From: Mobula hypostoma
Taxonomy: Eukaryota
Length of the DNA stretch: 64,000 nt
Reading direction: 5' to 3'
NCBI RefSeq assembly: GCF_963921235.1
Contig: NC_086097.1
Coordinates: 240,686,001 to 240,750,000, forward strand
Under the pieces are notes generated by a model that ran no database searches, was not told the origin of the DNA, and saw only the letters and a list, made by a program, of their open reading frames with translations. Shown in pieces: positions 13,279 through 26,460 of this stretch (the first letter of the stretch is position 1; each line of letters starts with the position of its first letter). The position numbers and the translations under genes were made by a program.

Positions 13279-14138
13279 TGTTACGAGAATACACATAAAA
13301 TTAAGATGTTTGCTGGCCTGGGCTAGCATCAGTGGCATCAGCAGTTGGTCTGCCACCTGCCCTCAGGGGAAGGAGAGATAAGGAACAATGGAGCAGCGTC
13401 TGGAGATGTGTAATGAAGGGATGTGGGAGAGAGAGAGCTGTCTGGAGCGGCTCCCCCCTTTGAACCCTGAACTGTTTGAAGTGATGGACAGGCGATACCC
13501 CAGCAGGGGGATAAAAAGGGACAGGTTCGCTAAGACAGACACACGCCACCCGAGGTAACGAGACCCTGGAAGCGGTACGCTTCTCACGAGTGGGTGAGAA
13601 GTATCAGACAACGACCAGGGTGGAAAGGTACGATCAGCGGGAACCCGGTGTGTGTCCGCCCTTGCCTGGGTGCCGGGTTCACTGCAGAGGATCGACCGCA
13701 TCTGGAGGAGGGGTCACAGTCGGTGACCTCAGGTGACATCACCAAGGACCCGCCCAAAAGTTGCTCGTGAGCAATCTCGCTGGTCTGTGAGTGAAGCTGT
13801 GCTGAATGATCAGTTGTTCCTGTTCTCTCTCTCTCTTCCCCCACCTTGTCCATCGCCATGGCAACGATTACTGCGAACTGAACTACTAACTGGACTGAAC
13901 TTTGAGTCATTTTGAAATTGGTCATTTACCCCTAGACAACGATAAGAGCTTGATTGATGCTGTTATCTTAATTCTGTGCACATGTGTGGTTATCATTGTT
14001 GAATTGTTGCATTTATTATCCTTTCGATTACTGTGTTGCTTGTTTCTTTAATAAAACTTTCTTAGTTCTAGTACTCCAGACTCCAACTGAGTGATCCATT
14101 TCTGCTGGTTTGGCAACCCAGTTACGGGGTACGTAACA
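13279..14138 (+). repeat. 3' LTR (860 bp)
   Basis: By eye differs from the 5' LTR by three small indels (+AG, -AC, +A). Confidence 0.95.
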
Positions 14139-14435
14139 GTGGGCATAGGAGTACATTCAGCCAGAGACTCATTCCACCGAGATGCAGCACAGAGCGTCAT
14201 AGGAAGTCATTCCTGCCTGTGGCCATCAAACTTTACAACTCCTCCCTTGGAGAGTCAGACACCCTGAGCCAATAGGCTGGTCCTGGACTTATTTCATAAT
14301 TTACTGGCATAACTTACATATTACTATTTAACTATTTATGGTTCTGTTACTATTTATTATTATGGTGCAACTGTAACGAAAACCAATTTCCCCCGGGATC
14401 AATAAAGTATGACTATGACTATGACTATGACTATG

Positions 14436-14725
14436 TCAGCTGTGGTTGGCAGCACATCTAGGAGGAGGAAAAGTCTGATCTCAGACCTCCACTGCCTTGC
14501 TGCTATACCCACTCACGGGGCAGGCTTCAGGAGTAAACCCAAAGGAAAAATCCAGAGCTGGAGTCCCTAAGGCAGTCCTACGTGGAGTTCAAAGCTGCTT
14601 GGCAACTTCTGCGATGCCACTGGTGCCAATCTGTATTGGTCTCTGCTGTCCCTTTGCATTCGTCAGCAGCGTGGAGAGAGGCGCCCACTACATGGGCAAC
14701 AGCTTGCTCTCCGTATCATACTGTT
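14436..14725 (+). mobile_element. Probable RTE-related short element remnant
   Basis: Shares CACTGCCTTG...GGAGTAAACCC...AAATCC.GAG.TGGAG.CCCTAAGG with 59860-59940. Confidence 0.4.
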
Positions 14726-15274
14726 TGTTTGTAGAGCTGTTCGCTGAAGGTTAGGTCGCAAACATTTCATCACCTGTTGAAGCGACATCATCACTACACA
14801 ACTGACGCCGAGCAGCGGAGAGCCTCTGAAATGCCACCTGACTTGCTGAGTTCCTCCAACATTTTGTGTTTGTTACCCTGCAATGTACAGCTGGTCACCC
14901 TTTCCACCACTAACACCACAAAGAGGACTGATATATACACTCTCAAATTAGGCTATGGCAAGCACCACTTTGAAATGGCATTGACTCATCTCAGACAGTG
15001 AGCAACTGCGATTATACAATCTCTGTGCTAAAAAGAGTTTTAAAAAAAGCAAATAGAGAGACTTACAAACAAAGGTGCTGATTAACATTCAGTGCATTGA
15101 CATGCAAATTGCTACCGGCACAGAGAGTCAAATCAGTTATCATAGCAAGTCAGTTAAATGCTTTTGACAGAAAGCATCTTCAGACTCAAATCCTACTCTA
15201 GTCGTAAACGCATTATGACAAATTAAGTGCACATTGCCACACAAATGACAGCCAATACAGCTACTCATTATCGC

Positions 15275-15586
15275 AACATTTTTCCCAGGGCTGAAATGGC
15301 TGCCACAAGAGGACACAGGTTTAAGGTGCTGGGGAGTAGGTACAGAGGAGATGTCAGGGGTAAGATTTTTTACTCAGAGAGTGGTGAGTGCGTGGAATGG
15401 ACTGCCGGCAATGGTGATGGAGGTGGATACGATAGGGTCTTTTAAGAGACTTTGGATAGGTACATGGAGCTTAGAAAAATAGAGGGCTATGGGTAAGCCT
15501 AGTAATTTCTAAGGTAGGGACATGTTCGGCACAACTTTGTGGACCGAAGGGCCCGTATTGTGCTGTAGGTTTTCTATGTTTCTATG
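15275..15586 (+). mobile_element. CR1 3' fragment
   Basis: FPRAEMAATRGHRFKVLG..Y.GDVRG motif and (TTTCTATG)n tail; sister copy at 17713-18046. Confidence 0.8.
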
Positions 15587-15856
15587 CACAGACAATGAAA
15601 ACAGGCCAACTACAATGGTGAAGAGCAAGGCACACAAAATCCTGGAGGAACTCAGCAGGTCAGGCAGCATCTATGGAGGGGCATAAACAGTCAGTGTTTC
15701 GGGCCAAGAAAGAGCCTCCATCAGGACTCAGTTATCACAAGTGGAATATCCTAAGGGTTAACATATGAGCAGACCACACTCAGACTATTGTGAGCTGTTT
15801 GGGGCCCCTTATCTAAGAAAAGATATGAGAGGGAGAGGGTCCAGAAGAGGTTTAGG

Positions 15857-16455
15857 TAGATAGATACAGTACATTATTGATCCAAAGGAAATTACAATGT
15901 CACAGTAGTATTACTAGTTCGCAGATATACAATACTGGAAAATAAATAAATAAATAAATTACCTTAAACAGTCTAACAGCACTGAAAGTCATCACTCATT
16001 ATAAAGCCTTATGGCCAAGGGTAAGAATGACCTCATATAGCACTCTTTGGAGCAATGCGGTTGTCTTCATCTATTACTGAAAGTGCTCTGTTCAGCCAAG
16101 GTGGCATGCAGAGGATGAGAAACATCGTCCAGAATTGTCAGGATTTTCCGTAGGGTCCTTTGTTCTACCACAGCCTCCAGTGTGTCCAGTTTGATCCAAT
16201 GACAGACTCAGCTATTCTAATCAGTTTATTGAACATGGTGGCATCACCTATGTTGATGTCATTGCCCCAGCACACCACCACATAGAAGATTTGTCTGGTG
16301 ACAACAGACTGGTAGAACATGTGAAGGAGAGGCCTGCATATTCCAAAGGACTCCAGGTTTCCTCAGGAAGTAGAAGCAACTCTGGCCCTTCTTGTACACA
16401 GCCTCTGTGATGGTGCTCCAATCAAGTCTGTCATATAGGTGCACCCCAGGGTGTG
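15857..16455 (-). mobile_element. Rex-Babar LINE 3' fragment inserted in a CR1 fragment
   Basis: LDWSTITEAVYKKGQS..YFLRK motif; the flanking CR1 sequence at 15770-15855 resumes at about 16456. Confidence 0.6.
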
Positions 16456-16615
16456 TATGATTTACAAGAATAATTCTGGGAATGAAAGCATTAACATATG
16501 AGGAGCACTTGATGGCTCTGGAGGGTGGAAGAATTGGCGGGGGGAGGGGGGATCTCATTGAAACCTATCAAATCCAGAGAAGCTTTGATAGAGTGGACTC
16601 GGAGAGGATGTTTCT

Positions 16616-17612
16616 TATACAACCCACACAAAATGCTGGAGGAGCTCAGCAGGTCAGGCTGCATCAATAGGATCGATGTTTCAGGCCAAAGCACTTCATC
16701 GTGACTGGAAACGAGGAGGGAAGGTGTCAGAATAAGAAGATGGGGAGAGGAAAGAAGGACAAGCCAGGAGGTGATAGGTGAAGCCAGGTGGGTGGGGATG
16801 TCAAGAAATGAAGTAAGAAACTAGGAGGTGATTGGTGGAAATGGTAAAGTGCTGGAGAAGAAGGAATCTGATAAGAGAGGAAGAGACCATTGGAGAAAGG
16901 GAAGGAGGTGGAGCACCAGCGGGAGGTGACAGGCAGGTGAGGATAAGAGGTAAGCGGCCAGGGTGAGAAATTAAAGAAGAAGGAAGAGGGAAATTACCTG
17001 ATGTTTGAAAAACCAATGTTCATACCATCAGCTTAGCAGCTACCTAGGTGGTACATGAGGCGTTGTTCCTCCAACCTGAGAGGTACCTTATCACGGCACG
17101 AGAGGTGACTGTGGACCGGTATTTTAAAACGGGATTGAAGATAGGAATTAAAATTGTTGACAACTGGGAAATGCCACTTTTATCTGGATGGAGCGGAGGA
17201 GCTTGACAAAGATGTCCTCCAAACTACGTTGAGTCTCACCACTGTAGAGTGGCCACGTCAGGAACACCGGATACAGTAGACATGCCTAACAGAATTACAG
17301 GTGAAGCGTTGCCACACCAGGAAGGACAGTTTGAGGCCCTGATTGGTGATGGGGGAGGAGGTGAAAGGGCAAGCGTAACACTTTTACCACTTGCAGATAC
17401 AAGTGCCAGGTGGGAGATTAGTGGTGAGGGACAAACGGACAAGGGAATCACAGAGGAAGGAATTCCTACAGAAAGTGGAAAGCAGGGGAGAGATAAAGAT
17501 ATGTTTAGTGGTAGGGTCCTAATGAAGATGAAGGAACTTGTGGAGAATGACGTGTTGGATGTGGAGGCTTGTGGGGTGGTATGTGAGGACAAGAAGTACT
17601 CTATCTCTGTTA
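16616..17612 (-). mobile_element. Penelope-like element, degenerate GIY-YIG region and pLTR with decayed hammerhead
   Basis: DRVLLVLTYHPTSLHIQHVIL motif; homology to 40173-40913; hammerhead remnant at about 16671-16708. Confidence 0.7.
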
Positions 17613-18620
17613 AATTGTGCCTTCAAATTCTTTGTCATTCTACGCTTTTGAAATAGTGAAATCATCTCATTTTCACTCCCGGCCATTTCTTTGTTTCTTC
17701 TCTCGGCATTGATCATGTGGATAGCCAAACACTTTTTCCCAGGGCTGAAATGGTTAACATGAGGGGGCATAGTTTTAAGGTGCTTGGAAATAGGTACCAA
17801 GGGGATGTCAGGGCTAAGTTTTTTACACAGAGAGTGGTGGGTGTGTGGAATGCGCTGCCAGTGGCAGTGGTGGAAGCAGATACAATAGGGTCTTTTAAGA
17901 GCCTCTTAGATAGGTACATGGAGCTTAGAAGAATAGAGGGCTATGCGCTAGGGAAATTCAAGGCAGTTTCTAGAGTAGGTTACAATGGTCGGCACAACAT
18001 TGTGAGCCAAAGGGCCTGTAATGTGCTGGAGATTTCTATGTTCTATGCTCTTGCATCTCCAAGCTTAAATGCTTGAAACTGTGCTATGCAAAAGAGTTCT
18101 GAATTGTACTTACTGTTTATTTCTTGTCAACTATCACTGCTTTCTGAACACAAACACACGTAACTGACACTACTTTAAAACTCTTCATTCTAAGTGTCTA
18201 ACAGTCACGCAAGTGCATGCAACTGACGCAAGTTAGAAACTGTTTGTCAACGGTCTCCTGTCCCAATTAAGTGGCACACTGCCCCAAATAAACAAAGGGA
18301 TCCCAGAAATTTTCTTGATTAGTTTTTTGTTCTTTAAGAGCTGCCCCAAATAAGCAGCTGCCCCGATTAACTGGAATCCACTCAGACACCCTTGTTGACT
18401 CTTCATTCTCCACGTATCACATCCCATATTAAGGCACTTGTTGTGCAGGTGAAGGAGGTGGAACACTTGTCTTCAGAGTTAACATCACCACCAGCCTGCC
18501 CTGGTCCAAGCATGTACCTGCCAAGGCCAAGGCTAAGGAAGAGCACCCCTACTTACTCAGGAGTTTAAAGACGTTTGGTATATCCCCATTGACACTTACC
18601 ATTTTTTATTAAATGGCTAG

Positions 18621-21545
18621 AGAAAACATAGAAACATAGAAACATAGAAAATAGGTGCAGGAGTAGGCCATTCGGCCCTTCGAGCCTGCACCGCCATTTA
18701 TTATGATCATGGTTGATCATCCAACTCAGAACCCCGCCCCAGCCTTCCCTCCATAACCCCGATCCCTGTAGCCACAAGGGCCATATCTAACTCCCTCTTA
18801 AACATAGCCAATGAACTGGCCTCAACTGTTTCCTGTGGCAGAGAATTCCACAGATTCACCACTCTCTGTGTGAAGAAGTTTTTCCTAATCTCGGTCCTAA
18901 AAGGCTTCCCCTCTATCCTCAAACTGTGACCCCTCGTTCTGGACTTCCCCAACATCGGGAACAATCTTCCTGCATCTAGCCTGTCCAATCCCTTTAGGAT
19001 CTTATACGTTTCAATCAGATCCCCCCTCAATCTTCTAAATTCCAACGAGTACAAGCCCAGTTCATCCAGTCTTTCTTCATATGAAAGTCCTGTCATCCCA
19101 GGAATCAATCTGGTGAACCTTCTTTGTACTCCCTCTATGGCAAAGATGTCTTTCCTCAGATTAGGGGACCAAAACTGCACACAATACTCCAGGTGTGGTC
19201 TCACTAAGGCCTTGTACAACTGCAGTAGTACCTCCCTGCTCCTGTACTCGAATCCTCTTGCTATGAATGCCAGCATACCATTCGCCTTTTTCACCGCCTA
19301 CTGTACCTGCATGCCCACTTTCAATGACTGGTGTATAATGACACCCAGGTCTCGTTGCACCTCCCCTTTTCCTAATCGGCCACCATTCAGATAATAATCT
19401 GTTTTCCTATTTTTGCCACCAAAGTGGATAACTTCACATTTATCCACATTAAATTGCATCTGCCATGAGTTTGCCCACTCATCCAACCTATCCAAGTCAC
19501 CCTGCATCCTCTTAGCATCCTCCTCACTGCTAACACTGCCACCCAGCTTCGTGTCATCCGCAAACTTGGAGATGCTGCATTTAGTTCCCTCATCCAAGTC
19601 ATTAATATATATTGTAAACAACTGGGGTCCCAGCACTGAGCCTTGCGGTACCCCACTAGTCACCGCCTGCCATTCTGAAAAGGTCCCGTTTATTCCCACT
19701 CTTTGCTTCCTGTCTGCTAACCAATTCTCCACCCACACCAATACCTTACCCTCAATACCGTGTGCTTTAAGTTTGCACACTAATCTCCTGTGTGGGACCT
19801 TGTCAAAAGCCTTTTGAAAATCCAAATATACCACATCCACTGGTTCTCCCCTATCCACTCTACTAGTTACATCCTCAAAAAATTCTATGAGATTCGTCAG
19901 ACATGATTTTCCTTTCACAAATCCATGCTGACTTTGTCCGATCATTTCACCGCTTTCCAAATGTGCTGTTATCACATCCTTGATAACTGACTCCAGCAGT
20001 TTCCCCACCACTGACGTTAGGCTAACCGGTCTATAATTCCCCAGTTTCTCTCTCCCTCCTTTTTTAAAAAGTGGGGTTACATTAGCCACCCTCCAATCCT
20101 CAGGAACTAGTCCAGAATCTAACGAGTTTTGAAAAATTATCACTCATGCATCCACTATTTCTTGGGTTACTTCCTTAAGCACTCTCGGATGCAGACCATC
20201 TGGCCCTGGGGATTTATCTGCCTTCAATCCCTTCAATTTACCTAACACCACTTCCCTACTAACATGTATTTCACTCAGTTCCTCCATCTCACTGGACCCT
20301 CTGTCCCTTACTATTTCTGGAAGATTATTTATGTCCTCCTTAGTGAAGACAGAACCAAAGTAATTATTCAATTGGTCTGCCATGTCCTTGCTCCCCATAA
20401 TCAATTCACCTGTTTCTGTCTGCAGGGGACCTACATTTGTCTTTACCAGTCTTTTCCTTTTTACACATCTATAAAAGCTTTTACAGTCCGTTTTTATGTT
20501 CCCCGCCAGTTTTCTCTCATAATCTTTTTTCCCCTTCCTAATTAAGCCCTTTGTCCTCCTCTGCTGAAATCTGAATTTCTCCCAGTCCTCAGGTGAGCCA
20601 ATTTCTCTGGCTAATTTGTATGCTACTTCTTTGGAATTGATACTATCCCTAATTTCTCTTGTCAGCCACGGGTGCACTACCTTCCTTGATTTATTCTTTT
20701 GCCAAACTGGGATGAACAATTGTTGTAGTTCATCCATGCAACCTTTAAATGCTTGCCATTGCATATCCACCGTCAATCCTTTAAGTGTCATTTGCCAGTC
20801 TATCTTAGCTAATTCACGTCTCATACCTTCAAAGTTACCCCTCTTTAAGTTCAGAACCTTTGTTTCTGAATTAACTATGTCACTCTCCATATTAATGAAG
20901 AATTCCACCATATTATGGTCACTCTTACCCAAGGGGCCTCTCACGACAAGATCGCTAATTAACCCTTCCTCATTGCTCAAAACCCAGTCCAGAATAGCCT
21001 GCTCTCTAGTTGGTTCCTCGACATGTTGGTTCAAAAAACCATCCCGCATACATTCCAAGAAATCCTCTTCCTCAGCACCTTTACCAATTTGGTTCACCCA
21101 GTCTACATGTAGATTGAAGTCACCCATTATAACTGCTGTTCCTTTATTGCACACATTTCTAATTTCCTGTTTAATACCATCTCCGACCTCACTACTACTG
21201 TTAGGTGGCCTGTACACAACTCCCACCAGCGTCTTCTGCCCCTTAGTGTTACGCAGCTCTACCCATATCGATTCCACATCTTCCTGGCTTATGTCCTTCC
21301 TTTCTATTGCGTTAATCTCTTCTTTAACCAGCAACGCCACCCCACCTCCCCTTCCTTCATGTCTATCCCTCCTGAATATTGAATATCCCTGAACGTTGAG
21401 CTCCCATCCCTGGTCACCCTGGAGCCATGTCTCTGTGATCACAACTATATCATAATCATTAATAACAATCTGCACTTTCAATTCATCCACCTTATTACGA
21501 ATGCTCCTTGCATTGACACATAAAGCCTTCAGGCGCTCTTTTACA
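18621..21545 (-). pseudogene. Young CR1 LINE, near-complete ORF2 (APE endonuclease + RT) with two in-frame stops
   Basis: ORFs 20144-21592, 19298-20143 and 18707-19294 share one frame, broken by TGA at 20144-20146 and TAG at 19298-19300; motifs [29 protein letters not shown]; (TTTCTATG)n tail. Confidence 0.95.
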
Positions 21546-21676
21546 ACATCTATCTGGATCCTATGTGGATGCCAAACAACTTGGTATGACAACTATTCCG
21601 CACTATACTGTAAGAAACTGCAGAGAGTTGTGGACATAGCCCAGCATATCATGGAAACCAGCCTCCCCAGTAAGGA

Positions 21677-21792
21677 TAACACAAAACAGCAAGGTCCTGA
21701 CGAAGGATTCCGGCCCGTAACATCGAGCAATCTTTTCCACGGATGCTGCCCGACCTGCTGAGCTCCTCCAGCGTGTTGTGAGTGTGCTTTTT
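21677..21792 (+). mobile_element. Penelope-derived mini-element with hammerhead remnant
   Basis: GTCCTGACGAAGG...CCCGTAACATCG; 14-bp TSD CTCCCCAGTAAGGA at 21663-21676 and 21793-21806. Confidence 0.75.
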
Positions 21793-22500
21793 CTCCCCAG
21801 TAAGGACCCTGTCTGTACTTCTCACTCGCTCAGTAAAGCAGCCAGCATAACCAAAGATCCCACACACTGTAGACATTCTCTTTGTGCCTCTTTCATCAGG
21901 TAGAAGATGCGAAAACCTGAAAGCATGTACTGCCAGGCTGAAGCACTGTCATAAGACTAATGCATGGTTCCCGAATGTGATACGCTTGACTCCTGAACTC
22001 ACAGTCTACTCATTATGATCTTACAACTTATTGTTTACCTTCACCACTCTTTCTTTGTAGCTGGTAAGCTTCAGTCTGCATTCCGGTATTGTTTTACCTT
22101 GTCCCACCTCAATGCACTGTGTAATGATTTGATGAATATGAACAGAACGCAAGATACTATCACCAACACCAGCCCACCGGTCATTAAGGACGTATATACA
22201 GAAAGGGACAGGAAAAAGACCAGCAATATAATGAAGGATCCTACCTGCTCTGCCTATGGACTGTTTGTCCTACTCCCTTCAGGGAGGAGGCTACACAATA
22301 CCCATGCTAGGATCAACCATTATTTCCTACATCCATCAAGCTAATCAACAACCCCACCAATTAAAGCAACCCACCACCATTACATTATCATTTCCCTGTC
22401 AGAGTCACGTAATATATAGACACATATAGAGCTAGGGTGCCTAAGACTTTTGCACAGTACTGTAATCATTTTATGGTATTGCATTGTAGTGCTACCGCAA

Positions 22501-22804
22501 GTGGGCATGTGGCCAAGTGGTTAAGGCATTGGACTAGTGACCTGAAGGTCGTGAGTTCGAGCCCCAGCCGAGCCAACGTGTTGTGTCCTTGAGCAAGGCA
22601 CTTAATCACACATTTCTCTGCGACGACACTGGTACCAAGCTGTATGGGTCCTAATGCCCTTCCCTTCGACAACATTGGTGTCATGGAGAGGGGAGACTTG
22701 CAGCATGGGCAACTGCTGGTCTTCCATACAAACTTGCCCAGGCCTGCACGCTGGAGAGTGAAGTCTTTCCAGGCGCAGATCCATGGTCTCACAAGACTAA
22801 CGGA
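22501..22804 (+). mobile_element. tRNA-derived CORE-like SINE
   Basis: Box A TGGCCAAGTGG, box B AGTTCGAGCC, GTGTCCTTGAGCAAGGCACTTAA core; TSD TGCTACYGCAA (22490-22500, 22805-22815). Other copies at 51744-52060 (-) and a 3' part at about 34148-34315. Confidence 0.85.
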
Positions 22805-23207
22805 TGCTACTGCAAATAAAAGAGAACACATCTCCTGACATATGTGAGTGTTGATAAACCTGATTCTGATTTGGGTCTCCATTGTGGACTGAGAGTGGGG
22901 AGGAGGCAGGAAGAGGGAAAGGGGGCATGGTTGGAAAAATGGGAAGAAAAAGGGGAGGGAGCAGGAAGCACAGACAGATGTTTTGTAATGATCAATAAAC
23001 CAATTGTTTGGAATCAAATGACCTTGCCTGGTGTCTCAGGGATGGGTGTGTCCCCACACCCGCCCCCCTCCCGCCGTGCCCCTGGCACTCCTCCTCTGAC
23101 GTCTGTCTCACATCCCTCCCGCAGGGTTCCACCCTCGCCGTTCCCAACAACATTTCCTCCCCGCCAAATTTACAAAGTCATTCTTCGTTCCACATTGACA
23201 GATACCA

Positions 23208-23279
23208 TACTGTGCAAAAGTCTTAGGCTCCCTAGCTAAATATATATGTATATGCCTATGACTTTTGTACAACACTGTA
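23208..23279. mobile_element. Tc1/mariner-type MITE (about 70 bp); partial copy at about 22418-22464
   Basis: Inverted termini TACTGTGCAAAAGTCTTAGG / CCTATGACTTTTGTACAACACTG followed by TA. Confidence 0.6.
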
Positions 23280-24219
23280 TATAAGCTAATCTTATGTATT
23301 TCTACAGATTGTGATTTTTATTGTGTTCTTTATGCTTATTGTGCTTTAAAATGTTGCACTGAATCCAGAGTAATAATCATTTTGTTCTCCTTTACACTGT
23401 GCACTGATGAATGACACCTAGAACCTTGAAGATAAGTTTTTCACTGTTTCTCGCTACATGTGGCAATACTAAACCAACTCCAATTCTTACCTTCATCCCA
23501 TTCAATGGTCGGTCTTTCCAAGTGAAGAAATACTCGACTTCCAATCTTGTGAACAGTATTCAGTGATCACAATATGACTACCTTGTGAAGCACCTAAGCT
23601 CAGTCTGCGGGTATCACCCTGATTTTTTTTCATTTTAGTCCCCCACCCACCCCCACGCTGACCTCTCTAAGTATGCCCTCCTGCACTGTTACCTCGAGAC
23701 TCAATGCAAACTCTGGAAAGAAGTCGTGAATCTATGTAAGTCATTGCTACAGATGGCTGTGGAGGCCAAGGCTTTACATCTATTTAAGATAGAGGTTCAT
23801 AGATTCTTGATTAGTCAGGACATGAAGGGATGCAGGGAGAAGGCAGGAGATTGGGGCTGAGAAAAAAAGATAGATCAGCCATGATGAAATGGCAGAGCAG
23901 ACTCAATGCACCTAATGGCCTATTTCTGCTCCTATATTTTATGATTTTATGGTCTAAAAACACTTCATGTTCCAACTGAGCAACTTGCAAAACTTCAGAA
24001 CTTGGCACTGCAATCTCTAACTTTAGATTTCATGCTCTACATACTAGAGAAAATCCCTTGGATTCACCCACAGGTTTCTGTTATCCTTACTGACACATTT
24101 CTCTTTCATAAATCTGACAAAAGATCCCTCAACTCCCTACAGATGCTGCCTGACCTACTTAGTTTTCTCCATTTTCTACCTTTCTGCTTGTATACGGTAC
24201 CTTGTATCCTGTATAGGGT

Positions 24220-24510
24220 GGTGTAGCAATGTAGCGGTTAGCGTAACGCTGTTAGAGCATCAGCTGTAAGATCGAGTTTCTGTTCCACCGCTCTCTATAA
24301 GGAGTGTGTATGTTCTCTTTGCTAAAGCATAGGTTTCCTCCGGGTGCTCCAGTTTCCACCCACCATTCCAAAGATGTACATTAGGATGAGTGAGTTGTGG
24401 GCATGCTATGTTGGTGCCAGAAGATTTACAGGCTGCCAGGAACATTCCTTGCTGACTTGATGTAAGTGACACATTTTGGTCTCTGTGACAAATAGAGCTA
24501 ATCTTTGAAT
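24220..24510 (+). mobile_element. V-domain SINE (HE1-like)
   Basis: GGTTTCCTCCGGGTGCTCCAGTTTCC core; related pieces at about 28100-28270 (-), 34316-34465 (-), 44282-44420 and 44605-44780. Confidence 0.6.
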
Positions 24511-25739
24511 TTTCTTCTCGTGTACACAATAACGGTAGCCTGCCACCCTACCACTAATGATTGTTTACAGAGGCCTGACAGTTTAATGTGCAGGCAATTG
24601 TCCCCTTTTAAGCCATTTCAACCCATCCTATCACAGACATTCCTTCTGTTCTACAGTTTCCCTCCTATTGAAAACTTACCAGCTTCTCTTTCTTTCCCAG
24701 TTCTAATTAAGGGTTCTAGACATGAATCCATACCGGGTTTCCCTCTCTGAAAAGCGTGAGTGAACCAGATTAGTTTTTACAGCAACCAAAGAGTTTCCTG
24801 GTTACCATCGCAGATACAGATTCTTCATTTGGATATTTCAATTTAAAACCCCCGTGCTGCCATTTGTTTGAATTCCCTAACCAGATACCTATCCAAATGC
24901 CTTTTAAATGCTATAATTGTACTTACCTTTATCACCCCTCTAGACTCATTCCATATATTCACCATCATCATCATGATGTTCCTATCCAGGTAAAGCAAGT
25001 CTTATTATTTCTTTTTGTCCTCATAACTGCGTATACTTCATGTGTACATCATAGGAGAAGAAGGGGATGGCACCCGTGACGTCCTCCAGACAGTTTACAA
25101 AACTACTTCTTTTACTTCTTCTTTTTCTTTCAAACATGATTCTGCTGCTATTGGAACCTGGGACTTACATTTGGTGACTTGTTTTCGGGCCAATTGTGAT
25201 TTGATGCTTTGCTGTTTCCAAAGGAGTTCGGTGAGGCTTCAAGCAGTGTGTGCGGCCTGGAGGCCAAAGAGCCTGGAGACAGGGTGTGAGTTCACGATCA
25301 ACTCCAGTCCTCACCAATCCCATCAGATTAAAGTGTCAGGCTAGAAGAAGATCAACGAGGACAAGACCAATGGGTGTTCATTCCTGTCCGCATGCATTTG
25401 ACTGATCTCTCTCAGAGTTTTGGGTCTGGAGCAAGGTTTCATTGATACGGTTTGCAGACTGGACTCTGTAGTTCATGTTATGATGTGTTTCTGGTTTCAG
25501 GTTTATTCCTTGTGCGATTTTGATCGGGGCGGAATGTGTTTGATGTTTTATATTTTTCACTCAATTTTTGTCATTTGCGTAATTTGTTCTTTTTTTTTGC
25601 ACATTGCATGTTTGATGTTTTCTTTGAAGGGGTTCCATGGTGTTTCCTTGTTTCATGGCTGCCCGCAAAAAGACGAATCTCAGTGTTGTATACTGCATAC
25701 ATACTTTGAGAATAAATGTACTTTCAACTTCTGAATCAG

Positions 25740-26460
25740 CCTCCTGTAACTCCAGTGAGAACAAACCCAGCCTATCCAATCTCTTTGATCTAAACCCTTC
25801 TATTGAAGGCCACATCCTGATGAATCTCTTCTGCACACTTCCATAGTAGCATTAGCATCTGGATTCAGTGGCAGCCTGACCAGCATTTCATACAGTTACT
25901 GTACAATATGACATCCCAACTCTTATATTGGCTAAGTGCCTTCTTCACTGCCCTGTCCACCTCTGTTGCCAGTTTCAGGGAGCTATGAACTTGCACCCCA
26001 AGTTTGCTCAGTATATCACCGCTCCCAAAGTCTATGCCATTTGCTGTATAGGTCGTGCCAGAATTTAACATGCAAAAATGCATTATCTCACAGTTGTCTG
26101 GATTAAATTTCATCTGTCACTGTTCTGTCCAACTTCCCAGGTGATTTCTGTTCTTCTGTAACATTAGACAACCTTCTTTGTTACCTACTACTCCACCAAT
26201 TTGTGTCGTACATAAGTTTATTAATCAGACCACCAACACTCTCATTCATGTTCTTAACTTATATGACAAACAATCGTCGTGGCACCGAACTCTGTGAGGT
26301 ATCATTGGTTACAGACATCCAGTCAGAAGAGTAAACCTCTACGTGTATCTTCTGTCTTCTATCATCTATCCAATTTGCCAACACACCTCAGATCCCATGT
26401 GCCTACCATGCGGGACCTCGCCGAAAGCCTTGCTAAAGTCCATGTATACCACAGCTACAT
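25740..26460 (-). mobile_element. Old CR1 ORF2 fragment
   Basis: MKFNPDNCEIMHF...LGVQVHSSLKLATEVDRAVKKA motif. Confidence 0.7.

Larger units (their letters stand above)
9112..14138 (+). mobile_element. Gypsy (Gmr1-like) LTR retrotransposon, internally deleted, very young
   Basis: Two near-identical LTRs (TGTTAC...GTAACA), 4-bp TSD GTGG (9108-9111, 14139-14142), PBS, PPT, and gag-PR-IN'-RT' coding order. Confidence 0.95.
8991..14435 (+). mobile_element. Rex1/Babar LINE 3' fragment split by the Gypsy insertion (8991-9111 and 14139-14435)
   Basis: SHPLHNVLGG continues after the LTR element as HRSTFSQRLIPPRCSTERHRKSFLPVAIKLYN; ends AATAAA-GTAT(GACTAT)n. Confidence 0.8.

Noticed and set aside
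20616..21392. 258-aa plus-strand ORF and similar antisense ORFs in CR1 copies
   Set aside because: Antisense shadows of ORF2.
22501..22575. tRNA-like sequences (also at about 3655, 6700 and 52000)
   Set aside because: SINE heads running into a SINE body, several with TSDs; not tRNA genes.
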